This document shows, in pieces, positions 25,396-34,443 of a stretch of 42,731 nt of DNA. This DNA comes from Bifidobacteriaceae bacterium (GTDB lineage: Bacteria > Actinomycetota > Actinomycetes > Actinomycetales > WQXJ01), in the NCBI GenBank assembly GCA_031266115.1, contig JAISBQ010000088.1, forward strand, positions 1-42,731. Direction: 5' to 3'. Below the pieces are notes generated by a model, which saw nothing but the letters and a program-made list of their open reading frames with translations, had not been told where the DNA came from and made no database searches. Within the stretch, counting starts at the first letter, position 1. Every line of letters starts with the position of its first letter. Position numbers and translations under genes: made by a program.

Positions 25396-26787
25396 CTAAC
25401 GGGCTGCGCCATCGTCGGTGTCGGACCCGCTTTCTAGCTGGTCCGTCCGGCGCACCCGTGGCCAGCGGTCCTCGTCCGGCACCTGCCATGTCTCGGCGTC
25501 GGCGATGACCTGAGCCCCGGAGCGGATGTCTTTGACCTGGTCACCCTCATCGGCAATGGCGGGGAACCACACGAAGGGCACCCCACGCCCGTCCGCGTCC
25601 TTGATCTGGCGGCCAAACTTGGCGGCATTCGGTGACACATCGGCGGGGATACCTCGTGCTCGCAGCGCCCGGGCGACAGCGTTGGACTGCGACCGGGAGG
25701 ACTCGGCAACCACCGCGACCCACACGGCTGCCGGCACCACCCGGGTCGCGCCCACGTTCCCGAGTACCCGGGACACCAGGCGCGAGACACCCACAGACAG
25801 ACCCACGCCGGGGTACTTGCCCGAGCCGTCGCCCACGAGGTTGTCGTACCGGCCACCGGAGCAGATGGAGCCCAACCCTTCGTGACCCTTGAGCGTGGTC
25901 TCGTAGACAGAGCCGGTGTAGTAGTCCAGACCGCGCGCAACGGTCAGGTCCGCCGTCACGACACCGGGCATCGCCTCCCGCGCGCCATCGACGAGCGCCG
26001 CCAACTCGCCTAACCCCTCGTCGAGCAGTGGCGATCCGATGCCGAGACGGTCCGCGAGGCGTTCAACACGGCCGGTCACCTCGCCATCGTCCCCATGGAT
26101 CGATGCCAGGTCCAGACAGGCCGCCGCTTGGCCCGGTGACACGCCCGCGGCGACGAGGCCCTCGGCGACAGCTGACCTCCCGATCTTGTCCAGTTTGTCG
26201 ATCCACCGCAGCACCTCGTCGATGTCATCCATGCCGAGGCCCCGATAGAACCCTTCGGACACTTTGCGGTTGTTCGCGGCTATCCGCACGCGCCCGAGGT
26301 CCAGGCCGTTCAGGGCTTCGGCCATGAGGAGCGGCAGCTCTAGCTCGTAGTGGAAGGGAAGGGTGCCGCGTCCGATCACGTCGATGTCGGCTTGTGTGAA
26401 CTCGCGAAACCGCCCCTCTTGGGGCCGTTCGCCACGCCACACCTTCTGAATCTGATAGCGCTTGAAGGGAAAGGTCAGCGCCGCGGCGTTGTCGCTGACG
26501 TACCGGGCGAGAGGAACGGTCAGATCGAAGTGAAGCCCGAGCTTGGTGGCGCGGTCACCGCCTGGCGCATCCCCCAGATCGGCCAGGCGTCCAATCACGT
26601 ACACCTCCTTGGACGTTTCGCCCTTGGCGAGCAGAGCATCCAGGGGCTCAACGGCACGGGTCTCGATCCCTGCGAACGAATGCAACTCGAACACGTGGCG
26701 CAGATGGTCGATGACGTGGGCCTCGACGATGCGACCGTCGGGGAGCCATTCGGGAAAACCGGACAAGCGGCGGGAACGGGCCATCAC
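25396..26787 (-). CDS. hisS: Histidine--tRNA ligase
   Basis: FKRYQIQKVWRGERPQEGRFREFTQADIDVIG (motif 2), CSGGRYDNLV (motif 3) and a C-terminal anticodon-binding domain. Confidence 0.85.
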   Translation of the reverse strand: MMARSRRLSGFPEWLPDGRIVEAHVIDHLRHVFELHSFAGIETRAVEPLDALLAKGETSKEVYVIGRLADLGDAPGGDRATKLGLHFDLTVPLARYVSDNAAALTFPFKRYQIQKVWRGERPQEGRFREFTQADIDVIGRGTLPFHYELELPLLMAEALNGLDLGRVRIAANNRKVSEGFYRGLGMDDIDEVLRWIDKLDKIGRSAVAEGLVAAGVSPGQAAACLDLASIHGDDGEVTGRVERLADRLGIGSPLLDEGLGELAALVDGAREAMPGVVTADLTVARGLDYYTGSVYETTLKGHEGLGSICSGGRYDNLVGDGSGKYPGVGLSVGVSRLVSRVLGNVGATRVVPAAVWVAVVAESSRSQSNAVARALRARGIPADVSPNAAKFGRQIKDADGRGVPFVWFPAIADEGDQVKDIRSGAQVIADAETWQVPDEDRWPRVRRTDQLESGSDTDDGAAR

Positions 26788-27485
26788 ACCTCCAGGGCTT
26801 CGGCGAGATACGGGGAAGAGACGACCTCGCGTCCCAGCGTCGAACTAGCGCCGTGACCAGGAAGGATGGCTCGGGAGTGGTCGAATGACCGAATCAGTGA
26901 GACGAGCGAAGATCGCATCGCTGCCCGGTCCCCGCCGGGAAGATCGGTTCGCCCGACACCGTCCCGGAACAGAACATCGCCCGTCAAGATCGCCGGGTCC
27001 GGACCCACTCCGGTCACCTCGAACACGGTCGAGCCGGGCGTATGGCCGGGGCACGCTAGTGCGCGGAAGGCGAGGTCACCGAATGCCAGGTGGGCGCCGC
27101 CATCGTCCGCCGTGTCGATGACCCGGACATCCGCGGGACGGTGCCACGTTGCGCTGGGGCGGGACCCCAGGACCAGGCCGGGCGTCGGCAGGCCGAAGGG
27201 CGCCATGCCGGCCAGCGGATTGTCGAGGTAGGGCTCGTCGCGCCGATGCACGTACACCGGGATACTCCACGTGGCAGACACCTCCGCCGCGTCCCATACG
27301 TGGTCGGGATGTCCGTGGGTGAGCAGGACCGCGACCGGCCGCCACCCCTGCTCAACTATCCGCCGGCCCGCGGCCCCGGCCGTGGCGACACCCGGATCGA
27401 CAACCACGGCGTCACCGGTGCTGGGGGACGCCACCAGGTAGCAGTTTTCGCCCAGGAACGGCGAGACCACGGTTTCGATTCCCAC
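26784..27485 (-). CDS. MBL-fold metallo-hydrolase (glyoxalase II-like)
   Basis: LLTHGHPDHVWD (HxHxDH) and later GHTPGS. ATGA overlap with the hisS start at 26784-26787. Confidence 0.85.
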   Translation of the reverse strand: MGIETVVSPFLGENCYLVASPSTGDAVVVDPGVATAGAAGRRIVEQGWRPVAVLLTHGHPDHVWDAAEVSATWSIPVYVHRRDEPYLDNPLAGMAPFGLPTPGLVLGSRPSATWHRPADVRVIDTADDGGAHLAFGDLAFRALACPGHTPGSTVFEVTGVGPDPAILTGDVLFRDGVGRTDLPGGDRAAMRSSLVSLIRSFDHSRAILPGHGASSTLGREVVSSPYLAEALEV

Positions 27486-27637
27486 CCGCGCAGCCTACCG
27501 AAGGCCTCGACGCGCCCGCTTGTCGCCCCGAGGCCCCCTCGTCACGGCGCCCGTCCGAAGGGCCCTAGACTGTCGGGGTACGGCGCGTCCCCGCGCGCCA
27601 TCTTTTGTGTGTCCCTCACGAGGGCAGGAGGCTCGTG

Positions 27638-28489
27638 GTGTCGTCTACCAAGCGTGAGCGTGCTCAGGCGCGCAAACGTCATGAGAAGTGGCTGGTTCGT
27701 CAAGCGGAGGCCGCGAAGCGTCACCAACGCAATGTGGCGTTGGGATGGTCCATCACCGTGGCGCTCGTCCTCATCCTCATCGTGGTCCTGGTAAATCTGC
27801 CTCCGGCTACGCCCGAGGTCGAGGAGGCTCTACCCGAGCCGAGTGACAGCGCCGCGCTGATCGCCGACGAGGATGCGGCGAGCGAGGATGGGAGTGGCGA
27901 GGACGCCACCGCGGACGCCGGCGATGAGGCAGCCGCGCAGGAGACCGACGGCGATTCAGGTGGCACCGCGCCGGATCCAGCGTTGGCCGAGGATCGCGTC
28001 TGGGCGGGAACCATCGACACGAATCAGGGGTCGATCTCTGTCGAGCTGGACGGCGCGGCCGCGCCCCAAGCGGTGGCCAACTTCGTCACCCTCGCCGACG
28101 ATGGTTTCTTCGATTCCACAAGCTGTCATCGCTTGACCACGGCCGGGATCTTCGTGCTCCAATGTGGCAACCCGCTGGGGCTCGAGGGCGACGGCGGTCC
28201 CGGTTACTCGTTCGGACCCGTGGAAAACGCGCCAGTGGACGGGCTGTACCCCGCTGGCACCCTCGCCATGGCGCGCGTCGGCGGCGACGGTAATTCCATG
28301 GGCTCACAGTTCTTCATCGTCTACGAAGACTCCACCATCCCGGCCGACGCCGCCGGCGGGTACACCGTGTTCGGCCACGTGTCCGAAGGCTTGGACGTTG
28401 TCACCGCGATCGCCGAGGCTGGCGCTGAGGGTGGCGACGATGGACCCCCGGCCACGCCCGTGACCATCGAAAGGGTCCAACTCCAGTGA
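27638..28489 (+). CDS. Cyclophilin-type peptidyl-prolyl cis-trans isomerase with N-terminal membrane anchor
   Basis: AGGAGG at 27626-27631 lies 6 nt before the in-frame GTG at 27638; the track ORF starts at TTG 27605. TM segment [16 protein letters not shown]. Cyclophilin motifs [18 protein letters not shown] and [22 protein letters not shown]. Confidence 0.85.
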   Translation: MSSTKRERAQARKRHEKWLVRQAEAAKRHQRNVALGWSITVALVLILIVVLVNLPPATPEVEEALPEPSDSAALIADEDAASEDGSGEDATADAGDEAAAQETDGDSGGTAPDPALAEDRVWAGTIDTNQGSISVELDGAAAPQAVANFVTLADDGFFDSTSCHRLTTAGIFVLQCGNPLGLEGDGGPGYSFGPVENAPVDGLYPAGTLAMARVGGDGNSMGSQFFIVYEDSTIPADAAGGYTVFGHVSEGLDVVTAIAEAGAEGGDDGPPATPVTIERVQLQ

Positions 28490-30351
28490 GCGAAGAAGCC
28501 CCCACGACCACCTCACCCGAAGTCGACGCCCCGCTGCCCGAGGCGGCTGCCCCGGTGGCTCGGGAGCCCGAGCCGGAGCCGGTGGCGACCCCGGAGCCCG
28601 TGCCAGAGCCAGCCGGTGAATCTGGGCCCGAACCCGAGCCGGAGTCTGAACCCGAGCCGGAGTCTGAACCCAAGCCGGAGGCAACCCCGGAACCGGAACC
28701 AGCGCCTGCGCCGGAGGCGACCCTGGCGCCCGAGCCCGAGCCCGGGGCAACCCCGGATCCCGTGTCCGAGCCCGAAGCGCCGCCAACGCCCGAGCCCGAG
28801 GCAACCCCAATCTCAGCGCCAGTGGCCGAGGCCGAAGCGATCCCAGAACTCACTACCGACGAGGATCAACCTCAAGACGAAGGTGAGGTTGGCACCCCCG
28901 TCCTCGTCCCTGAGGACGTAGAGCTCCAGGTCACGCCCGAGCCTGAGCCTCAAGTTGACCCTGAGCCTCTTCCACCCACCCCTGCCACGCCGCCCAGGCC
29001 GCGGCCCATACCGCGGCCCCGCCCACCGAGGGACCCATCGGCGACAACCGCCTCGTCCTCGCCACATCCTGCTCCTGTCGCGCCGCCAGCAGGCGACGAG
29101 GAGGCGCGGGTTGCCGCGACATTCGGCCGCGTCGACGAGAACGGCACCGTGTATGTCCGCGAAGGCAGTCGCGAACGCGCCGTCGGCCAATTCCCCGGGG
29201 TGCCCGAATCCGAGGCAGTGGCTCTCTACGTGCGCCGATACCTCGACCTCAAAGCCCAGCTAGCCCTCTTCGAGGCTCGGATCGATTCCTTGACCATCCG
29301 TGAGATCGACCAGAATCTTGCGACGTTCAAGCAGGCGCTCGTGGAGCCGGCCGCAGTCGGCAACCTCCGGGCCTTGCGCGAGCACTTGGGACGGGTCCGG
29401 GACAAGTCCGGTCAGGTGCGTTCCCGGATCGACGCCGAGCGCAAGGCGGCCAAGGAGCGTGCCCTGGCTGAACGAACCGCCCTGGTGATCAAGGCGGAGG
29501 AACTGGCCGAGAAGGAGCCGGACAAGATCCAGTGGCGCCAGGCCTGGGACCTTCTCAAACAACTCCTGGACGATTGGAAGACGCAACAGAAGGATGCCCC
29601 GCGGATTGACCACGGCAGCGAGGACGATCTGTGGAAGCGGTTCAGCAAGGCGCGCGCGACCCTTGAGCGCAAGCGGCGGCACTTCTTCACAGAACAGGAG
29701 AAGCGCTTTGGCTCCGCCAAGGCCGCCAAAGAGCAGATTGTTGCCGAGGCCGAGAAGCTGTCCAAGTCCCAGGAATGGGGCCCCACCGCGGCGGCATACC
29801 GCGCACTGATGGATCGCTGGCGCGAGGCCGGCCGGGCGGGCCGCAAGGATGAAGACGCCTTGTGGGCGCGTTTCCAAGCCGCCCGCGATGTGTTCTTCAC
29901 CGCCCGCGACGCCCACTTCCACCAGGCCGATTCGGAGCAAAAGGCCAACCTCGACGCCAAACTTGAGGTCATCGCGCAAGCTGAGAAGCTGCTGCCCATC
30001 AAGGATCTCCAGGTGGCCAAGGCCACGATGCGCCGTCTTCAGGACCGCTTCGACGAGATCGGGCACGTTCCGCGCTCGGACATCTCCGCGGTCGAGGCCC
30101 GCATGAAAGCGGTCGAGGACGCCATCCGAGGCGAGGAGGACAGTCGGTGGAAGCGCTCCAATCCCGAGGCGCGTGCCCGGACTCAGTCCATGACCTCTCA
30201 GTTGGAAGCCACGATCGCCGAGCTTCGCACCCAGCTTCTTGAGGCTCAGGCCGCCCAGGACCCGAAGAAGGTCGCGACACTCAAGGAAGCTCTCGCTGCC
30301 CGCGAGGCGTGGCTCGACCAGGTGCGCAAGTCCGCCAGCGACTTCGGCTGA
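28486..30351 (+). CDS. DUF349-domain protein with ~200-aa Pro/Glu-rich disordered N-terminus
   Basis: The GTG start overlaps the PPIase stop (GTGA at 28486-28489). Repeated helical DUF349-type motifs are present ([20 protein letters not shown]; [20 protein letters not shown]). Confidence 0.8.
   Translation: MSEEAPTTTSPEVDAPLPEAAAPVAREPEPEPVATPEPVPEPAGESGPEPEPESEPEPESEPKPEATPEPEPAPAPEATLAPEPEPGATPDPVSEPEAPPTPEPEATPISAPVAEAEAIPELTTDEDQPQDEGEVGTPVLVPEDVELQVTPEPEPQVDPEPLPPTPATPPRPRPIPRPRPPRDPSATTASSSPHPAPVAPPAGDEEARVAATFGRVDENGTVYVREGSRERAVGQFPGVPESEAVALYVRRYLDLKAQLALFEARIDSLTIREIDQNLATFKQALVEPAAVGNLRALREHLGRVRDKSGQVRSRIDAERKAAKERALAERTALVIKAEELAEKEPDKIQWRQAWDLLKQLLDDWKTQQKDAPRIDHGSEDDLWKRFSKARATLERKRRHFFTEQEKRFGSAKAAKEQIVAEAEKLSKSQEWGPTAAAYRALMDRWREAGRAGRKDEDALWARFQAARDVFFTARDAHFHQADSEQKANLDAKLEVIAQAEKLLPIKDLQVAKATMRRLQDRFDEIGHVPRSDISAVEARMKAVEDAIRGEEDSRWKRSNPEARARTQSMTSQLEATIAELRTQLLEAQAAQDPKKVATLKEALAAREAWLDQVRKSASDFG
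28630..28683 (+). repeat. 18-nt in-frame tandem repeat (EPEPES x2 plus a degenerate third unit)
   Basis: gaacccgagccggagtct occurs at 28630-28647 and again at 28648-28665, followed by gaacccaagccggaggca. Confidence 0.85.
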
Positions 30352-30376
30352 CTTCAGGCGCCGTGAACCCAGTCGC

Positions 30377-32731
30377 CTACGCGACCCCGCTCGGCGCCGG
30401 CGAACGGTCGTCGAGCGGTTCGGCGGGCGCCGCCGGCTGGTGGCGTGTTCCCGAGCCGGTGATTCGATAGGCGTCGAACACGCTGTCGACCTTGCGGACC
30501 GAAGCGAGCACCGCGTCGAGGTGTTGCGGTTCGGCCATCTCGAACTGGAACCGCGAGAACGCCACCCTGTCGTTCGTGGTGTGGACGGTCGCCGAGAGGA
30601 TGCTCACGTGGTTTTCAGCGAGGACCTTTGCCACATCCGACAAGAGCCGGTTGCGGTCCATCGCCTCAACGTGAATCTGGACCATGAACACTGTGGACGG
30701 TTCGCCGTTCCACTCGACCTCGACCATCCGTCCCGGCTCGGCCCGCAGGGTCCGGACGTTGGCGCAGTCCGTTCGGTGAACCGACACACCTGATCCGCGG
30801 GTGGCGAAGCCGACAATCTGATCGCCGGGCACGGGCATACAGCACCGCGCCATCTTGACCATCACGCCATCGTGACCGTCCACGAGGATTCCAGGGTCAC
30901 CCTCGCGTTTGCGCATTGCCGATCCCAGCCCGGGGCGGGTCACCTCGACAATGTCCTCCTCATTGCCGGACTCACCGCCCAGGGAATCGACCAGCCGCTT
31001 GACCATCGCCAGCGCCGAGACGTGTCCCCCTCCCACCGCCGCGTAGAGTGCCGAGACATCGGGGAAATGCATATCCCGCGCCAACGCCGCCGCCGATTCG
31101 GGAGTCATCAGCCGTTGAATGGGCAACGACTGTTTCCTCATCTCCTTCGAGATCCGTGCCTTACCCGCTTCCACCGCCTCTTCGCGGCGGGACCTCGTGA
31201 ACCACTGGCGAATCTTGGTACGCGCCCGCGGGCTCTTGACGAACCCCAACCAATCGCGGCTCGGCCCGGCATCCGGACCCTTCGCGGTGAAGATCTCGAC
31301 CACGTCCCCGGTGTGCAACTCCGATTCCAGGGACACGAGCCGGGAGTTGACACGCGCGCCTACCGTCCGGTGCCCCACCTCCGTATGGACGGCGTACGCG
31401 AAGTCCACGGGTGTGGCCCCTGATGGCAGGACAATCACGTCCCCCTTCGGGGTGAACACATACACTTCGGCCGATCCGATCTCAAAGCGAAGGTCCTCAA
31501 GGAAATCGCCCGGATCCGCGGTCTCGCGCTGCCAATCCACCAGTTGGCGCAGCCACGACATGTCGTTCACACCCGTCATGCCCGTGTCGTCTTCCGCTCC
31601 TCCGGCTTTATACCGCCAATGCGCGGCCACGCCGTACTCGCTGCGACGGTGCATCTCATGAGTCCTGATCTGGATCTCCACCGGTTTGCCGCCAGGGCCG
31701 AACACGGTGGTATGCAGCGACTGGTACATGTTGAACTTCGGCATCGCGATGTAGTCCTTGAACCGTCCCGCCACCGGGTTCCACCGGGCATGCATGACGC
31801 CCAAGACCGCATAGCAGTCACGGATCGAATCCACGAGGACCCGCACACCGATCAGATCGTAGATGTCCGCGAAGTCGCGCTCCCGAACAATCATCTTTTG
31901 GTAGATCGAGTAGTAGTGCTTGGGACGGCCCGCCACAGTCGCCTTGATCTTGGCCGCGCGCAGATCCGCCTTGATCTGCTCCGACACGACGCTCAACGAT
32001 TCCTCGCGGGCCGGTGCCCGCTCGGTCACCACGCGAACCACTTCCTCGTACACCTTGGGATACAGCGTGGCGAAGGAGAGATCCTCCAACTCCCACTTGA
32101 TGGTGTTCATCCCCAGACGATGAGCGAGAGGTGCATAGATCTCCAGAGTCTCCCGGGCCTTACGCTCCGCATTCCCGCTCGACACGTACTTCCAGGTCCT
32201 GGCGTTGTGAAGCCTATCGGCCAGCTTGATCACGAGAACCCGCACATCCTTGGCGGTGGCGATGACCATCTTGCGTACCGTCTCGGCGTGAGCCGCCTCG
32301 CCGTAGGTCATCTTGTCCAGCTTGGTCACTCCATCCACCAGCTTCGCGATCTCCGGCCCAAACTCGCTCTGGAGTTCGTCGAGCGAATACGGCGTATCCT
32401 CGACCGTGTCATGCAACAACGCGGCCGCCAGCGTCGATGGCATCATGCCCATCTCCGCGAGGATGGTCGCTACCGCGACGGGATGGGTGATGTAGGGCTG
32501 GCCGCTCTTGCGGACCTGCCCCTCGTGGACCCGCGCCGCCACCTGGTAGGCACGCTCGACGACGCTCGTCTCGGCCTTCGCGTGGTACACCTTGAGTGCT
32601 GCCAGAATCGGCTGCAGCGCCGACGGCCCGGAGTTGCCCCGGTTGCCCAACCACCACGCACGCGGACGTCCCCCACCCTCGGAAACGTTGGGGTCACTCA
32701 CCCCGCCATTGTAGGAGCACGCCACAAGCAC
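30377..32731 (-). CDS. relA: Bifunctional (p)ppGpp synthetase/hydrolase (RelA/SpoT homolog)
   Basis: HD domain (HPVAVATILAEMG...LLHDTVEDT), synthetase (YSIYQKM...DLIGVRVLV), TGS (VYVFTPKGDVIVLPSGATPVDFAYAVHTEVGH) and a C-terminal ACT-like domain. The start codon is uncertain. Confidence 0.95.
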   Translation of the reverse strand: MLVACSYNGGVSDPNVSEGGGRPRAWWLGNRGNSGPSALQPILAALKVYHAKAETSVVERAYQVAARVHEGQVRKSGQPYITHPVAVATILAEMGMMPSTLAAALLHDTVEDTPYSLDELQSEFGPEIAKLVDGVTKLDKMTYGEAAHAETVRKMVIATAKDVRVLVIKLADRLHNARTWKYVSSGNAERKARETLEIYAPLAHRLGMNTIKWELEDLSFATLYPKVYEEVVRVVTERAPAREESLSVVSEQIKADLRAAKIKATVAGRPKHYYSIYQKMIVRERDFADIYDLIGVRVLVDSIRDCYAVLGVMHARWNPVAGRFKDYIAMPKFNMYQSLHTTVFGPGGKPVEIQIRTHEMHRRSEYGVAAHWRYKAGGAEDDTGMTGVNDMSWLRQLVDWQRETADPGDFLEDLRFEIGSAEVYVFTPKGDVIVLPSGATPVDFAYAVHTEVGHRTVGARVNSRLVSLESELHTGDVVEIFTAKGPDAGPSRDWLGFVKSPRARTKIRQWFTRSRREEAVEAGKARISKEMRKQSLPIQRLMTPESAAALARDMHFPDVSALYAAVGGGHVSALAMVKRLVDSLGGESGNEEDIVEVTRPGLGSAMRKREGDPGILVDGHDGVMVKMARCCMPVPGDQIVGFATRGSGVSVHRTDCANVRTLRAEPGRMVEVEWNGEPSTVFMVQIHVEAMDRNRLLSDVAKVLAENHVSILSATVHTTNDRVAFSRFQFEMAEPQHLDAVLASVRKVDSVFDAYRITGSGTRHQPAAPAEPLDDRSPAPSGVA

Positions 32732-32794
32732 CCGCGCCGTACCTCGCCCCAGCGGCCCACGTGTCTATGCGAGCACCTCACAGGTGCCCACAAC

Positions 32795-33349
32795 TCACGC
32801 GATCCGCAAGACCGTGTCGATTGGCCGCGGACCTAGGGTGGCGCGGCCCTCCAGGGCCGCCAGTTCGATAAGGAAGAGCATCTCGACGACGCGTGCCCCC
32901 GCCCGCTCCAGCAGGCCTGCCGCCGCCTGAGCGGTCCCTCCCGTGGCCAGCACGTCATCCATGACGATCACCCTGGCACCCTCGGCGATGGCGTCCTCAT
33001 GCATCTCCAACGTCGCCTCACCGTATTCCAACGCGTAAGACTCCCTGAGAGTGACGCCAGGCAGCTTGCCGGGTTTACGCAAGGGGATAAACCCCACTCC
33101 GGCGCCGATGGCCGCGGGCGCCGCAAAGATGAACCCGCGCGCCTCAATGCCCACCACGAGATCGGCGTGTGCCGCTCTCACGGCCTGGGCACAGTAGGCA
33201 CACACGGTCGCGAAAGCTTGCGCGTCAGCCAGCAATGGCGTGATGTCACGGAAGACCACCCCCGGCGTCGGAAAGTCGGGAATCGCCCGTACTCTCGCCG
33301 CGACGAGGCTGGCCACAGCCTCGCGCGATGGGGTGAGACGTTCCGTCAT
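32795..33349 (-). CDS. apt: Adenine phosphoribosyltransferase
   Basis: VVGIEARGFIFAAPAA and the PRPP motif VIVMDDVLATGGTA. Confidence 0.9.
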   Translation of the reverse strand: MTERLTPSREAVASLVAARVRAIPDFPTPGVVFRDITPLLADAQAFATVCAYCAQAVRAAHADLVVGIEARGFIFAAPAAIGAGVGFIPLRKPGKLPGVTLRESYALEYGEATLEMHEDAIAEGARVIVMDDVLATGGTAQAAAGLLERAGARVVEMLFLIELAALEGRATLGPRPIDTVLRIA

Positions 33350-34443
33350 CGTCCGGTCTTGCGTCCCCGGCGTCTGGGTTGGGCGGACTGGCCCTGGTGG
33401 ATCCCCGGCCGAATGGCACCGATCGGGGTGAGACGCGAAACTGTGGACGATTCGTCGCCGGAGGCGGCACGCCGGGCCAGAACCTTGGCCGTGTGTTCCC
33501 GTATCCGCCTCTCGTTTCCGCGCAGCGCCACCTCCATCGGCGTGGCCAAGAAGATCGAGGAGTACGTGCCAGCGATCATGCCGACGAACAGCGCAAGCGA
33601 AATGTCGCGCAACGTGCCCGCACCCAGCAGGAACGCGCCGATGAACAGGATGGATCCGACCGGCAGCAGGGCCACCACCGAGGTGTTGATCGACCGGACC
33701 ATCGTCTGGTTGACCGCCAGATTGGCCGCCTCCGCGTAGGTGAATTGGCTCTGGTCGAGGACGTTATGAGTGTTCTCGCGGACCTTGTCGAACACCACCA
33801 CCGTGTCGTAGAGCGAGTACCCCAGGACAGTAAGGAACCCGATGATTGAGGCCGGAGTGATCTCGAAGCCAACGATGGCGTACACACCGATCGTGACAAT
33901 CAGGTCGTGGATCAGTGCCGCGATCGCCGAGACCGCCATGCGCCACGCGCGGAAGTAGAACGTCATCGCGATCATCACGAGCACCATGAAGATGCCGGCG
34001 CCGGAGAACGCCTTACCCGACACATCCCGGCCCCACGTCGGGCCGACCCACGTCGAGGTGATGTCCTCGAGCGGCACGCTGTAAGCCTCGGCGAGCGATG
34101 ACGATACCTGCTCGGTTTGGGCGTTCGAGAGCTCTCGTGTCTGGATACGCAGCGACCCGGCACCCACCTTGGTGACACGCGGAACCTCGTCGGCCGCGAC
34201 CGATTGCACCGCGTCGATGGCCGGGTCGGTCTCAATGCTCGTTTGGGTGGTGACGACACGGAACTCCGAACCGCCACGGAAGTCGATGCCGAGTTCGAGG
34301 CCAGGAACAACCATGAGGAGTCCGCACACCGCGAGGATCACCGCGGAGACGGAAAAGAACCTCCGGCGCCGGCCCACCACGTTGTAGCTGCGCCGCCCGG
34401 TGTACAGGTCATTGCCCCACTGGGCAAAGTTGATCGATCGCAT
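33346..34443 (-). CDS. secF: Protein translocase subunit SecF
   Basis: GIDFRGGSEF, then a six-TM SecDF core (TVLGYSLYDTVVVFDKVREN). Confidence 0.9.
   Translation of the reverse strand: MRSINFAQWGNDLYTGRRSYNVVGRRRRFFSVSAVILAVCGLLMVVPGLELGIDFRGGSEFRVVTTQTSIETDPAIDAVQSVAADEVPRVTKVGAGSLRIQTRELSNAQTEQVSSSLAEAYSVPLEDITSTWVGPTWGRDVSGKAFSGAGIFMVLVMIAMTFYFRAWRMAVSAIAALIHDLIVTIGVYAIVGFEITPASIIGFLTVLGYSLYDTVVVFDKVRENTHNVLDQSQFTYAEAANLAVNQTMVRSINTSVVALLPVGSILFIGAFLLGAGTLRDISLALFVGMIAGTYSSIFLATPMEVALRGNERRIREHTAKVLARRAASGDESSTVSRLTPIGAIRPGIHQGQSAQPRRRGRKTGR

Noticed and set aside
28560-28860. Periodic repeats that could be mistaken for a CRISPR-like or minisatellite array, with the minus-strand ORFs 28304-28810 and 28401-28853
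   Set aside because: The periodicity is codon-level PE/PEPE repetition inside the DUF349 gene. There is no repeat-spacer structure, and the antisense ORFs are by-products of the repeat.
31544-32836. 430-aa plus-strand ORF antisense to relA; likewise 38830-40209, 37634-38680, 21225-22049, 29260-30066 and 24007-24714
   Set aside because: Each is antisense to a confidently identified housekeeping gene, has biased composition, and has no start context. These are high-GC artefacts.
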